Below, in pieces: positions 20,856 to 29,179 of a stretch of 64,000 nt of DNA. Numbering within the stretch: position 1 is the first letter of the stretch; every line of letters begins with the position of its first letter. The translations under genes and the position numbers were made by a program. The notes beneath the pieces are model-generated. The model saw only the letters and a list, made by a program, of their open reading frames with translations, ran no database searches and was not told the DNA's origin. Source of the stretch: Thermoplasmata archaeon (lineage in GTDB: Archaea > Thermoplasmatota > Thermoplasmata > RBG-16-68-12 > JAFNFQ01); the NCBI GenBank assembly GCA_041489255.1, contig JBGPQV010000001.1, positions 288,001 to 352,000 on the forward strand, given 5' to 3'.

Positions 20856-21868
20856 GCCACGCTCAGAACAATCGCCACCGCGCTGCTGGTGGCGTAGAGC
20901 GCGAGTATCACGGCGACCAGTTTTCCCTCCTTCATTGGCCTCTTGCTCAGGATGTAGTAGGCGAGGGTGTACTTCTCCGCTCCCTTCGGCGGGCTCAGCG
21001 TGCCGTCTTCGTTGATCACTGGATTGTGACAGGCTTCTCTCCGGTTCTCCTTCTTTATCCCGCCAAAATAGAGCGTCGCGAACAGCTCGTAGAAAGCGGG
21101 GATTATCGCGATCACCGCGCAGAACTCGATGTGGCCCATGACAACGCCGGCTGCCATGGCTGCGCCCAAGCCGAGTGTCCCGATATCACCCACAAAAACC
21201 TTGGCGGGGAGCTTGTTGAAATAGAAGAGTCCCAAGGCGCAACCCGCAATGGCGATGAACACGATAATGGCGACCTCAGACGTGCCTTGAATCATGCTTA
21301 TGATGAATAGCCCGAGGGAGACGACCAGCACCTGACCGCTCTCGAGGCCGTTGTAGCCTGCGGACATATTCATCGCGTTCGCCATGCCTGTGACGCCTAT
21401 GGGCACGAGTATGAGCCAGTAGGTCAGGAAGAGCAACCGTGAACTCTCAAAGCTCAGAATCTGGCCGAACGGAAAGCCTATCGCGGCCGGCGGGACGTGA
21501 ACGAGCAACAGGGGTAGGGCGGCGAACACGACCGCCACAGCCTTGATCCTCTGCCTGATGTTGCTGATGTCGTCTATGAGGCCGACCATCGAGGCGATGA
21601 AGAACACGCTCAGCGCCGCGAGATAGGCCGGCTCTATGTAGGCTCCCTCGCCCTCAAGCTTCTTGAACCCGACGACGAGAGAGAGGGAGATTGAAAACGC
21701 GAACAATGCCGCAATCCCGCCGAGCTCCGCGACCCCGGGGCGGCCCCTCTTGTTCACGTCGTGGCCGACCATCCCGCCTTCCCTCATCTTCCTGATGAGA
21801 GGCGGCATCGTCACGAGTACTATCACAAGGGAGGAGAAGAACGCAAGCAGTATTGCCGCGAAGTCCAC
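20852..21868 (-). CDS. Polyprenol-phosphate HexNAc-1-P transferase (MraY/GPT/AglH family)
   Basis: D.NK, GG, GLIDD, NAMNMSAGYNGLE, FNKLPAKVFVGDIGT; multiple TMs. Confidence 0.9.
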   Translation of the reverse strand: MDFAAILLAFFSSLVIVLVTMPPLIRKMREGGMVGHDVNKRGRPGVAELGGIAALFAFSISLSLVVGFKKLEGEGAYIEPAYLAALSVFFIASMVGLIDDISNIRQRIKAVAVVFAALPLLLVHVPPAAIGFPFGQILSFESSRLLFLTYWLILVPIGVTGMANAMNMSAGYNGLESGQVLVVSLGLFIISMIQGTSEVAIIVFIAIAGCALGLFYFNKLPAKVFVGDIGTLGLGAAMAAGVVMGHIEFCAVIAIIPAFYELFATLYFGGIKKENRREACHNPVINEDGTLSPPKGAEKYTLAYYILSKRPMKEGKLVAVILALYATSSAVAIVLSVA

Positions 21869-21939
21869 GGGATTTTAATGAAATGCAGGGGATATATAAA
21901 GAGTGAGCGGGCCATTCTCAGACGGCCACACTCAGCTCG

Positions 21940-24222
21940 TCAGTGGCGGGTGGGCATGTAGCCGGGACCGCTCCTCCGAGAGATTTCCTTTAAATGTGGG
22001 TTTTCTGCGGGAGTGGGGTCAGATGGCGGCGGACCGCTCCTGCATATCTCCAGCAACCTGTCTTCGGTGTAACCGAGCGGCAGGAGCAGCGTCTCGCCAG
22101 CGCGGCACAGCAGCTTGAGGTACTCGTTCACGTCTGGCTTCTCGTCTCCCTGGATGAAATCGGCGACTTTCACCTTCTTCTCGGAGTTCTTGCTCTGCCC
22201 GTCGGTGATCACAAACCTGATGTACTCCCCAGGTTCGATCGGGTATCCCCGGCTCTTCATCTGCTTCAACGCCGCCACCGAGCTGGTCATCACGGTGTAC
22301 TCGTCGAGCTGGCGTGTCACCGCCTTCGTGAGGACGAGGTCCTGGAGGGGCACCTTCCCGTCCTTGAGACGCTGAGCGAACGTCTGGAGTACCGCGACCG
22401 CCCTCGGCAGCCTCTCGACGAACTCCTTCGCGTTGTTCGCGTGGCTCAGCTCGTCCAGCATCGCCTTCTGCGCCTCGTTCACGAAGGGGGAGGTGTCGTG
22501 CTTCCTGAGCTCGATGCCCCGGAGCTTCATCTCCCCGTTCTGGAAGAGGCCGTAGTAGCGGTTCAGGGCGCCGACGCCCGTGGTCTTGCAGGGCAGGAAC
22601 ACGACCCACTTGTAGACGCCCTCCAGGTCTATCGGGATGCCGATGGCGCCGTTGATATGCTCGACGAGCTTGTCGATGCCGCTCGCGTTCGGCTTCGGAC
22701 GAAGCCAGAGAGAGTCGACTATGCCGTGCACGACCTCGTAACCGTGCTGCTCGGCAATCTCCATGCTGCGGACGAGGAGGTCACGCGCGTGAGCGTTGAT
22801 CGACTCGTGACACTCGATTCGGCCGAAACGCGCGTTTCTAAAACCTTGAAATCCAAATGATGTGACTAAAGTCCATTTGAGAATCGTGTCTCGTTCCCTG
22901 TAGATCTCCTGCTTCGGCCCCGGCTCCCTCTTCAGTTTCTTGTAGTACCTCTTCCGGTCGATCAAAGGCCTGAGGACCCGCGGCACCAGACCCAACCTCT
23001 TCACGCAACTGTGGTAGCCCAATCCCGGCACAGGCTGCCCCCCGCCATCCGCGCAACACCCGCAATTGAGCGTCTCCATGGAGAGGTTGAACTTCACCAT
23101 GATGTTCGGATACAGGGAGGCGTAGTCCAGCTCCACGATGTTCTCGTGGACGCCTACCTCCGGTTCCAGGATGAACCCGCCACGGTCCGCGCGGATCAGC
23201 TGCTCGGCGTCCTTGAAAAACTCGGGCAGGTTCTTCTTCCACATCACCAGGACTCCGTCCCTGGTCGCCCTGTTGATCTGCATCGCGGTGAAGGCCGTGC
23301 CCGGGGTGAGCCTCGCCTGCTCCTGAGGAACTATGGTGGAGAGGCGGGAGAGCTCGCCGAGCCCCGCCATCTCGCTCTCCCTGTACGCGAAGTGACCTCG
23401 GTCGATGTGCAGCCTGCCCTTGAGCAGGTACTGACCCGGCTTGTAGACGATCCTGCCGTAGGTGAAGTAGCTCCTGCCCTTCTTCTCGTCAAGCCTCTGA
23501 GGTTCCCGCCCGAGCTGCAGTCCGATGCCAAGCGCCTCGGACCTCTTCGCGAGGTAGGGCATCAGGAAGCTGTCCCCGCCATCGGTCAGTATGACGTCGG
23601 GGTCGAGGTCGCGCAGGGCGGAGTTCAGCTTCTCGAGGATCTCACCCTCGCTCCCGCCGATGTCGATCTCGCAGAGGCGGGCGCCGAGGAGCTTGTCCTG
23701 CAGGCGGGGGATGCCCATCGGGGCGTCCACCGCGATGTCGAGCAGGGCAGCCCGGAGCGGCGGCAGCCTGTACTCGAGGGCGAACTGCTCCTCCTGCATC
23801 CGCCAGACACCGTGAGAGTAATCGACCAGACCGAGCGGGAAGACGTCGTGGTGCAGGAAGTACCTCTGCGAGAAGCGCAGGTCGATATTGTAGAGGCGGT
23901 GGTCGTAGTAGCCGCCGTTGCTGTCGATCGTCTTTGCGAGGTCGTTCAGATCGCGGTAGTGGCGGGGGAATATCTCGAGGACGGGCGAGGGTTCCTCGTC
24001 TCCGAGGTTGAGGCGGCGTCTCGTCTCTCGCACCTCACCGATCTCATCAAGGATCTCGAGGCGTTGGCGGTAGGACTGGAGTTCGCTTGGCGGTGCGCTC
24101 ATGAAGAACGAGGGGCGGAAGCGGGAGTCCTCGATTCTCCGCGCGCCATGCTCGGTCCAGAGCCAGACGACAATCGAATCGCCGTCGTAGTTCGGATAGG
24201 AGTCGATTATCCAACCTTGCAT
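21940..24222 (-). CDS. polB2: Family B DNA polymerase, PolB2 group (degenerate exonuclease; HGIVDS motif C)
   Basis: DYASLYP, KWTLVTSFG..G.RNARFG, HGIVDSLW, NRYYG, KLRGIE.R. Confidence 0.9.
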   Translation of the reverse strand: MQGWIIDSYPNYDGDSIVVWLWTEHGARRIEDSRFRPSFFMSAPPSELQSYRQRLEILDEIGEVRETRRRLNLGDEEPSPVLEIFPRHYRDLNDLAKTIDSNGGYYDHRLYNIDLRFSQRYFLHHDVFPLGLVDYSHGVWRMQEEQFALEYRLPPLRAALLDIAVDAPMGIPRLQDKLLGARLCEIDIGGSEGEILEKLNSALRDLDPDVILTDGGDSFLMPYLAKRSEALGIGLQLGREPQRLDEKKGRSYFTYGRIVYKPGQYLLKGRLHIDRGHFAYRESEMAGLGELSRLSTIVPQEQARLTPGTAFTAMQINRATRDGVLVMWKKNLPEFFKDAEQLIRADRGGFILEPEVGVHENIVELDYASLYPNIMVKFNLSMETLNCGCCADGGGQPVPGLGYHSCVKRLGLVPRVLRPLIDRKRYYKKLKREPGPKQEIYRERDTILKWTLVTSFGFQGFRNARFGRIECHESINAHARDLLVRSMEIAEQHGYEVVHGIVDSLWLRPKPNASGIDKLVEHINGAIGIPIDLEGVYKWVVFLPCKTTGVGALNRYYGLFQNGEMKLRGIELRKHDTSPFVNEAQKAMLDELSHANNAKEFVERLPRAVAVLQTFAQRLKDGKVPLQDLVLTKAVTRQLDEYTVMTSSVAALKQMKSRGYPIEPGEYIRFVITDGQSKNSEKKVKVADFIQGDEKPDVNEYLKLLCRAGETLLLPLGYTEDRLLEICRSGPPPSDPTPAENPHLKEISRRSGPGYMPTRH

Positions 24223-24292
24223 GAATCCCCCGGCCAGCTGCGAGAAGAGGAGCGACTCTGCGGGTCTTAGAGTGACGCGGCAGGGAGGGCTG

Positions 24293-24300
24293 TGAAAGTG
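24293..24300 (-). promoter_or_regulatory. CACTTTCA motif upstream of polB2 (candidate DNA-damage-response element)
   Basis: Minus strand CACTTTCA 71-78 nt upstream of ATG; related motifs precede the two other PolB2-module genes. Confidence 0.35.
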
Positions 24301-24570
24301 TCAAGGCGTCTTGATGACATCAATCGACTCTCTCTCCTGCTTCTTGATCTCCTCGATCTCCCTCTGCAGCTCTAGGAGAATCGATAGCATCGCAAGTTCG
24401 ACCGGGTCCAGGTGCGCGCAGAAGCTGGCGGCTGATGAGTGCATCCTCGCCTTCTCCAGCATGCGGTCGAACAGCTCCCTGTCCTTCTCCCTCAGCGCGC
24501 GGCGGTAGTCCGTCCAGCGATCCAGTATCGACTCGAGATGCAGGCGGTATGTAGGAACTGTGCGGCCCAT
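24301..24570 (-). CDS. Small alpha-helical PolB2-associated protein (arCOG07300-like)
   Basis: MGRTVPTYR...W..YRRALR..DR..FD.M...AR.H..A; immediately upstream of polB2; start 24570. Confidence 0.85.
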   Translation of the reverse strand: MGRTVPTYRLHLESILDRWTDYRRALREKDRELFDRMLEKARMHSSAASFCAHLDPVELAMLSILLELQREIEEIKKQERESIDVIKTP

Positions 24571-24707
24571 GATGACACCTAGGGAACAATCACACTGCGA
24601 GGGCTGAAGGGTTTTGGGGGGAGACGGGAGTAAAAGTGAAGAAGGAAGGCAACGAATGTTCCTCAGATAGAGAATCCGCCTAGAATCCGCTCTCACCGTG
24701 GCGAGAA

Positions 24708-25493
24708 TCACGGCCTACTTTCCTCAAGAAAAGAATCCACAATCCCGTAGAACTCATCAGGCTTCTCCAGCATTGGTAAGTGACCACAGTCCTCGATGTA
24801 GCTGGAGGCGATCCTCGGCATCAGGAAGCCGATCTCTCCGTCCATGCCCCGGTCCACGAGAAAGTCATCCGCTCCATACACCATGATGGCGGGAACCTTC
24901 AACCCCCTCAACCCGCTCCAGTCTGTCGGCCTCGACATCATTTCACCGCACAGCGAGGCGGCTCGAACGTCAGCTTTCCTCGCCTCCTCCAAGATGATGC
25001 GACCCTCCGGCCCGCCGACTCCGAACATGCCCGTGATCGTCATCTGTCCGAGGCTTCTCGAAGTGTCAGCGAGGCGCATGAACATCCTCATGACAGGTTC
25101 GGCCGACCATGGCGGTGGCGTCTTTGTGATTCCCGCCAAGGCCGCGTCAACTAAGCCCAATGCCCAGAACCTCTGAGGCGCGGAGATGGCGGTGAACGCC
25201 GCCACTGCTCCTCCCATAGAATGGCCCACGATTGCCGCCTTCTTGACGCCGACCGCGTCCAGGAATCCTTTCACGAACTTCGAATAACCGTCGAGCGTGT
25301 ACCCTTCGGCGGGCTTTTCGGAATCGCCGAAGCCGTAGAGATCCAACGCCCAGATTCGGAACTCTGGAATTCTCTGGTTCGCTTCGTGCCAGTACCTCTT
25401 CGAAGCCATCCACCCATGGATGAGAAGAACGTCGGGCCCTTCGCCACCGACCTCGTAGGCTGCCCTCAGCCCGTTCACCAAGACATTTTTCAC
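24708..25493 (-). CDS. Alpha/beta hydrolase
   Basis: LIHGW, DLYGFGDS, GHSMGG nucleophile elbow, CGHLPMLE; probable GTG start 25493. Confidence 0.9.
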   Translation of the reverse strand: MKNVLVNGLRAAYEVGGEGPDVLLIHGWMASKRYWHEANQRIPEFRIWALDLYGFGDSEKPAEGYTLDGYSKFVKGFLDAVGVKKAAIVGHSMGGAVAAFTAISAPQRFWALGLVDAALAGITKTPPPWSAEPVMRMFMRLADTSRSLGQMTITGMFGVGGPEGRIILEEARKADVRAASLCGEMMSRPTDWSGLRGLKVPAIMVYGADDFLVDRGMDGEIGFLMPRIASSYIEDCGHLPMLEKPDEFYGIVDSFLEESRP

Positions 25494-25561
25494 GCCGGTG
25501 GTATCGCCTGGCGGGAATAAGCCTCTGCTTCTATTCCTCTTTTCAATGCGATAGTTCGATT

Positions 25562-25581
25562 CAAAATCGGACATGTGCACA
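25562..25581. repeat. Direct repeat copy 1: CAAAATCGGACATGTGCACA
   Basis: 13-bp GGACATGTGCACA (25569-25581) identical to 28569-28581; both preceded by CAAAAT. Confidence 0.75.
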
Positions 25582-25627
25582 ATGCATTCAATTCCAGTTC
25601 AGCCCAGAAGAACCGTTCAGGTCCAAT

Positions 25628-25984
25628 ATGAACCTGAAAGTGCCCATAGGGCTGGTGTTGTGTGTGCTAGTGGGTGGAACGCCATTCGCCGCGGGGAGCA
25701 ACGGACATGTGGAACCTAGATCGGTCACGGCATCCTGCGCTCTCACTTCCGCGGACGTCTCCTGGGAGGCTCCAGGAGGAGGGAGTCCCGTAGGCTACGA
25801 CGTGTACAAGAGGGCGGCAGGGGAGACGCCGTACATTAAGGCTAACCCCGTGCCGGTGACATCTACATTGTACATCGCCACGCAGCTGTCGTCTGGGATC
25901 GCCTATGAGTTCAGGGTGACCGCGGTCTATGATGACGGCAACTCTTCCGCGATGTCAGGACCGGCTTTCTGCACGACCGGTTAG
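25628..25984 (+). CDS. Small secreted fibronectin type III domain protein
   Basis: Signal peptide; VSWEAP...GYDVYKR...L.SG..YEFRVTAV..DG..S..S FN3 pattern; two further Cys. Confidence 0.85.
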   Translation: MNLKVPIGLVLCVLVGGTPFAAGSNGHVEPRSVTASCALTSADVSWEAPGGGSPVGYDVYKRAAGETPYIKANPVPVTSTLYIATQLSSGIAYEFRVTAVYDDGNSSAMSGPAFCTTG

Positions 25985-28563
25985 GAGAGCTTGGCGAGCT
26001 TCGCAGCGAGATCAGCCTCCATCTCTTTGAAGCTCGCCTTCCTGGCCTCATCCAGGGCTATAACCAGGAGCTGGCGGGCCCTCTCCATTTTCCCCGCTGT
26101 CGAACAGGCAAGGGCTTGATATTCGAACACAATTGCGCGGGAAGCGGGCTCAGTCACATGTCGGAGCAATGAGTCGGACCGCCTCATGTGGGACTCGCCG
26201 AGATCCTCAAGACCGAGGGTCCATGTCTCCTTCGCGAGTATCGCCGCGCATCGCGATGCCCCCGCGTAGTTCTCGCGGCCTTCGTTCAGCTCCAGAGCTT
26301 CCTCGAGCAGAGGCAACAACTCTCTCTGTCGGCCCAAGTCAGACATGACGCTGGATAAATTGTAGAGGCATGCGGTAAGGACCACGCCGGCGCCGGTCGC
26401 GCGCGCCTCTGAAGTCGCTTTGATTAGGTACCGCTCGGCCTCCTCGTACTGCTTCAGCTCGTAGAGGTTGCCCCCCAGGCCCGCGCAAACCTTCGCGATA
26501 TCGAGCCTGCGACCTTCCCGCTCCAGCAGGCGGAGCGCTTCCTTCTCCTCTTCGACCGCCCCGATGAAGTCCTTCTGCATGGACCGAACGCGGCCGATCC
26601 CGTACACGCATAGCCCCTCCCATCGCCTGTCTCCGACATCGAACGCGATAGCCCGACCTTTTTCGAAACAGTCCCTGGCTTTGTCGAGCTGCCTTGTGTC
26701 CTCGTACGTGCCCCCGATCCAGTAATAGGTTTCCGCGAGGAGGCGCAGGGCCCCGAGACCTTCGAGACGCCGTCTGACCTTCAGCAGCAGGGGCTGGGCG
26801 AGACGGGAACCTCGCTCCAGCTCTGCCTTTCCCTGACCGAGGAGCGCCTCCGCCACGGTCTGGCGGCCTCCCCCTTTTTGGGAATTTCCGTACGCTCTCG
26901 CTGCTTGGGCGAAACGCCCCAGCGCGAACATCGCGTGGCCTTTAACCAGCCACAGACGTGACTCGACCTGTTTATTGCTCCGCAGGCGGATGAGCTGGTC
27001 CAGAAGCGGAAGGAAAGATTCTGCCAGCCCACCATCCACTATCTCCTCTCCCCTCTCCACCGCCAAACTCATCGCTTCACGTTTGACCCCGCCCGCGAGC
27101 ATGTGGCGCAGTGCAGAGATTGTTTCGCGCGAGCCGATGGATTCCGCGAGTATCTCTCCTGCCTTCCTGTGCAGCTCTGCCAGCCTCTCAGGTGGCAGGT
27201 TTTCGATGACGGCGGTCTTCACGAGATCGTGGACATCCAGACGCCCGTCCTCCATCTCTCTGACGAGGCACAAGCGCAGCAATTCGTTGGAGTGAGCCCC
27301 GAGGAGGCTCCTGGGAATAGGCTCGCCGTAGACCGATGCGAAGGCGAGCGCGTCTCTGGCCTTCTGGTGCAGCTGAGGCAGGACATCCTGCCCGAGCCAG
27401 TCGGTAGACCTGAGGTGGATAGACTCTAGGGGGAGCCTACCAGTTGCGGCGAGCTCGAGGGACAGCGGATGCCCGCCGCATTTCCTCAGTATATTGGCCC
27501 GCCTGCCTTCCTCCACGCCCATGACGGCCAGGACCTCTCCGGCTTTATCCAATGGGAGATCATCCAGCTTCTCCTCCCAGATTAGCCCCCGAACCACGCC
27601 CTCCGCCCTGAGGAACGGGGGGTCTTTTCGCGAGATCAACAGCAGCTTCGCGCCGCTTCCCCGAGGCCCTGCCTGTGTGAGAGTCTGCAGAAGCCTCTCC
27701 ACGTCCTTCTTTGCCGCATGAGCATCGTCGAGAACAATCAGCCCCTGGAATCCCGCCATGTCCCTCCGCAGAATCCCGATGGATTCATCTGAACTCGAGC
27801 CCCCTGTGCGTTGAAGATTGTTCAAGAGGGCGGGCTGGCCGACAGCGTGCAGAAGAAGGGCGAAATCCCTGATGAGATCGTTTGCCGTCGATTCCGGCAG
27901 TATCCGCCGCCATAGAATATGGATGCGACCCTGAAGCCCCATGATCCAGCGGGATGCGACAGCCGTCTTCCCGATTCCTGGGAGGCCGAGGAGAAGGAAC
28001 GCACGGCTCTGATCATCCTCAATGAACCCGTCAAGCCGGGACAGCACTTCCTCGCGGCCGCGGAAGTTCGGCACCGATATCGCCCCCCGCACATCGAAGA
28101 CCTTGCCTCTGCTGATCCGCGACTGCAACTCAAGGAAAGAGGCAAGGTCGAGGCGACCCGCCTCAACGCTGAATGACAAGTCGGAGAAGCGCGGCCGTTG
28201 CGGGAGGAGGGCTGCGACCTCGTACAATCGCATCTTGCTCTCACGGCCGGAGAAATCCCTCACGACGACCCACATTTCCTCAACATGCTTCCGGACCTCT
28301 CTCGCCCGGCGCGCCCCGTCATCGGTCAGGAAATACGCTGTGACCTTTCTCGTCCTGCCTCCGGCTCGGATCTTCACAGTCCTGACCAGTCCTTTCAGAC
28401 GGAGGTTCTTCATCGCGCGCGAAACGTGCTCCCGCCTGTCGCGAATCACATCCGCGATGCGATCCTGGGTCAGTTCCTCCGCTGCTGGACTGTCTGTCTC
28501 CACGTGTACCCGGTCGAGGAGGCAGAGGAGACACCTCTCCGCAGTCTTCACTCGCCGGGCCAC
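25981..28563 (-). CDS. wHTH + STAND/NB-ARC-like NTPase + TPR regulator
   Basis: N-terminal wHTH (LTQDRIA..I...REHVSRAM..L..KGLV...YFLTDDG); FRGRE, GLPGIGKT, LIVLDDAH, LLISR, GGHPLSL, VHDLV; C-terminal TPRs. Confidence 0.88.
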   Translation of the reverse strand: MARRVKTAERCLLCLLDRVHVETDSPAAEELTQDRIADVIRDRREHVSRAMKNLRLKGLVRTVKIRAGGRTRKVTAYFLTDDGARRAREVRKHVEEMWVVVRDFSGRESKMRLYEVAALLPQRPRFSDLSFSVEAGRLDLASFLELQSRISRGKVFDVRGAISVPNFRGREEVLSRLDGFIEDDQSRAFLLLGLPGIGKTAVASRWIMGLQGRIHILWRRILPESTANDLIRDFALLLHAVGQPALLNNLQRTGGSSSDESIGILRRDMAGFQGLIVLDDAHAAKKDVERLLQTLTQAGPRGSGAKLLLISRKDPPFLRAEGVVRGLIWEEKLDDLPLDKAGEVLAVMGVEEGRRANILRKCGGHPLSLELAATGRLPLESIHLRSTDWLGQDVLPQLHQKARDALAFASVYGEPIPRSLLGAHSNELLRLCLVREMEDGRLDVHDLVKTAVIENLPPERLAELHRKAGEILAESIGSRETISALRHMLAGGVKREAMSLAVERGEEIVDGGLAESFLPLLDQLIRLRSNKQVESRLWLVKGHAMFALGRFAQAARAYGNSQKGGGRQTVAEALLGQGKAELERGSRLAQPLLLKVRRRLEGLGALRLLAETYYWIGGTYEDTRQLDKARDCFEKGRAIAFDVGDRRWEGLCVYGIGRVRSMQKDFIGAVEEEKEALRLLEREGRRLDIAKVCAGLGGNLYELKQYEEAERYLIKATSEARATGAGVVLTACLYNLSSVMSDLGRQRELLPLLEEALELNEGRENYAGASRCAAILAKETWTLGLEDLGESHMRRSDSLLRHVTEPASRAIVFEYQALACSTAGKMERARQLLVIALDEARKASFKEMEADLAAKLAKLS

Positions 28564-28581
28564 AAAATGGACATGTGCACA
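28563..28581. repeat. Direct repeat copy 2: CAAAATGGACATGTGCACA (candidate operator)
   Basis: Core exactly 3000 bp from copy 1; lies between a TTTAAG TATA-like element (minus strand, within 28584-28592) and the GTG start of the STAND gene; core extends to the palindrome ATGTGCACAT. Confidence 0.75.
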
Positions 28582-28616
28582 TAGTCCTTAAATGTCGCGA
28601 GACGAACATTCGGTTC

Positions 28617-28979
28617 ATGGAGACGTGTCGATTCCTCCCGCCGACAGAGGGGTGTGAGCAGTCTTCGGGTCGCAACGACGTTCTGGAAAGATGCTGCGCC
28701 TACCTGACAAAGGAAGGCTTCACGGTGTCGCTGGTCGTCAGCGTCCCGAGGAGTCGGGGACCGCGACCGCCTGACCTGATCGCGGCCAAGGGTCTGCGCC
28801 TCGTCAGGGTGTTCGCGCTTGCCGGCGAGGACATAGACGCTACGGAGACAAGGGACAGGATTCGCACGGCGCAGAAGGAGGGAGAGACCCTCGTCTGCGT
28901 TCCCTGGCCTCTGAAGTGGCGGGCCCTCTCGAACATCGATAGATGGGGGCTCCGCGGCGTGGCGGTCACGGGGTGGTAG
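28617..28979 (+). CDS. Small restriction-endonuclease-fold-like (PD-(D/E)XK-like, probably degenerate) protein
   Basis: YL.KEGFTV...PDLIAAKG..LVRVF pattern; no E-x-K; TATA-like CTTAAAT about 25 nt upstream. Confidence 0.55.
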   Translation: METCRFLPPTEGCEQSSGRNDVLERCCAYLTKEGFTVSLVVSVPRSRGPRPPDLIAAKGLRLVRVFALAGEDIDATETRDRIRTAQKEGETLVCVPWPLKWRALSNIDRWGLRGVAVTGW

Positions 28980-29015
28980 GGAGGATTCGAATGAAAGGCC
29001 CCGTTGGAGGATGAA

Positions 29016-29061
29016 CCAAGGCATCGCGGGGCGTAGAGACTCGCGTGCCTTGGCCTTTTTT
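29016..29061 (+). terminator. GC-rich hairpin followed by T-tract
   Basis: CCAAGGCA-T-CGCG ... CGCG-TGCCTTGG then CCTTTTTT. Confidence 0.5.
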
Positions 29062-29179
29062 CTGATCTTGCCCTGCAATGCCTCGTACTTGAACCTGACC
29101 GATAGAGAGGTTCGGGCGGCAAGTCAATAAGACGCAGGACGTTTCCCTGTCGCCGAGGCTGTCCTGCGGCGGTGTGCTG

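Noticed and set aside
17913-21868. True peptidoglycan/pseudomurein synthesis
   Set aside because: No Mur ligases, MurG or PBPs in the window; the MraY-family protein has GPT/AglH-type motifs
25702-25711. Partial third copy CGGACATGTG inside the FN3 gene
   Set aside because: Lacks the CACA half of the palindrome and lies in coding sequence; could be chance
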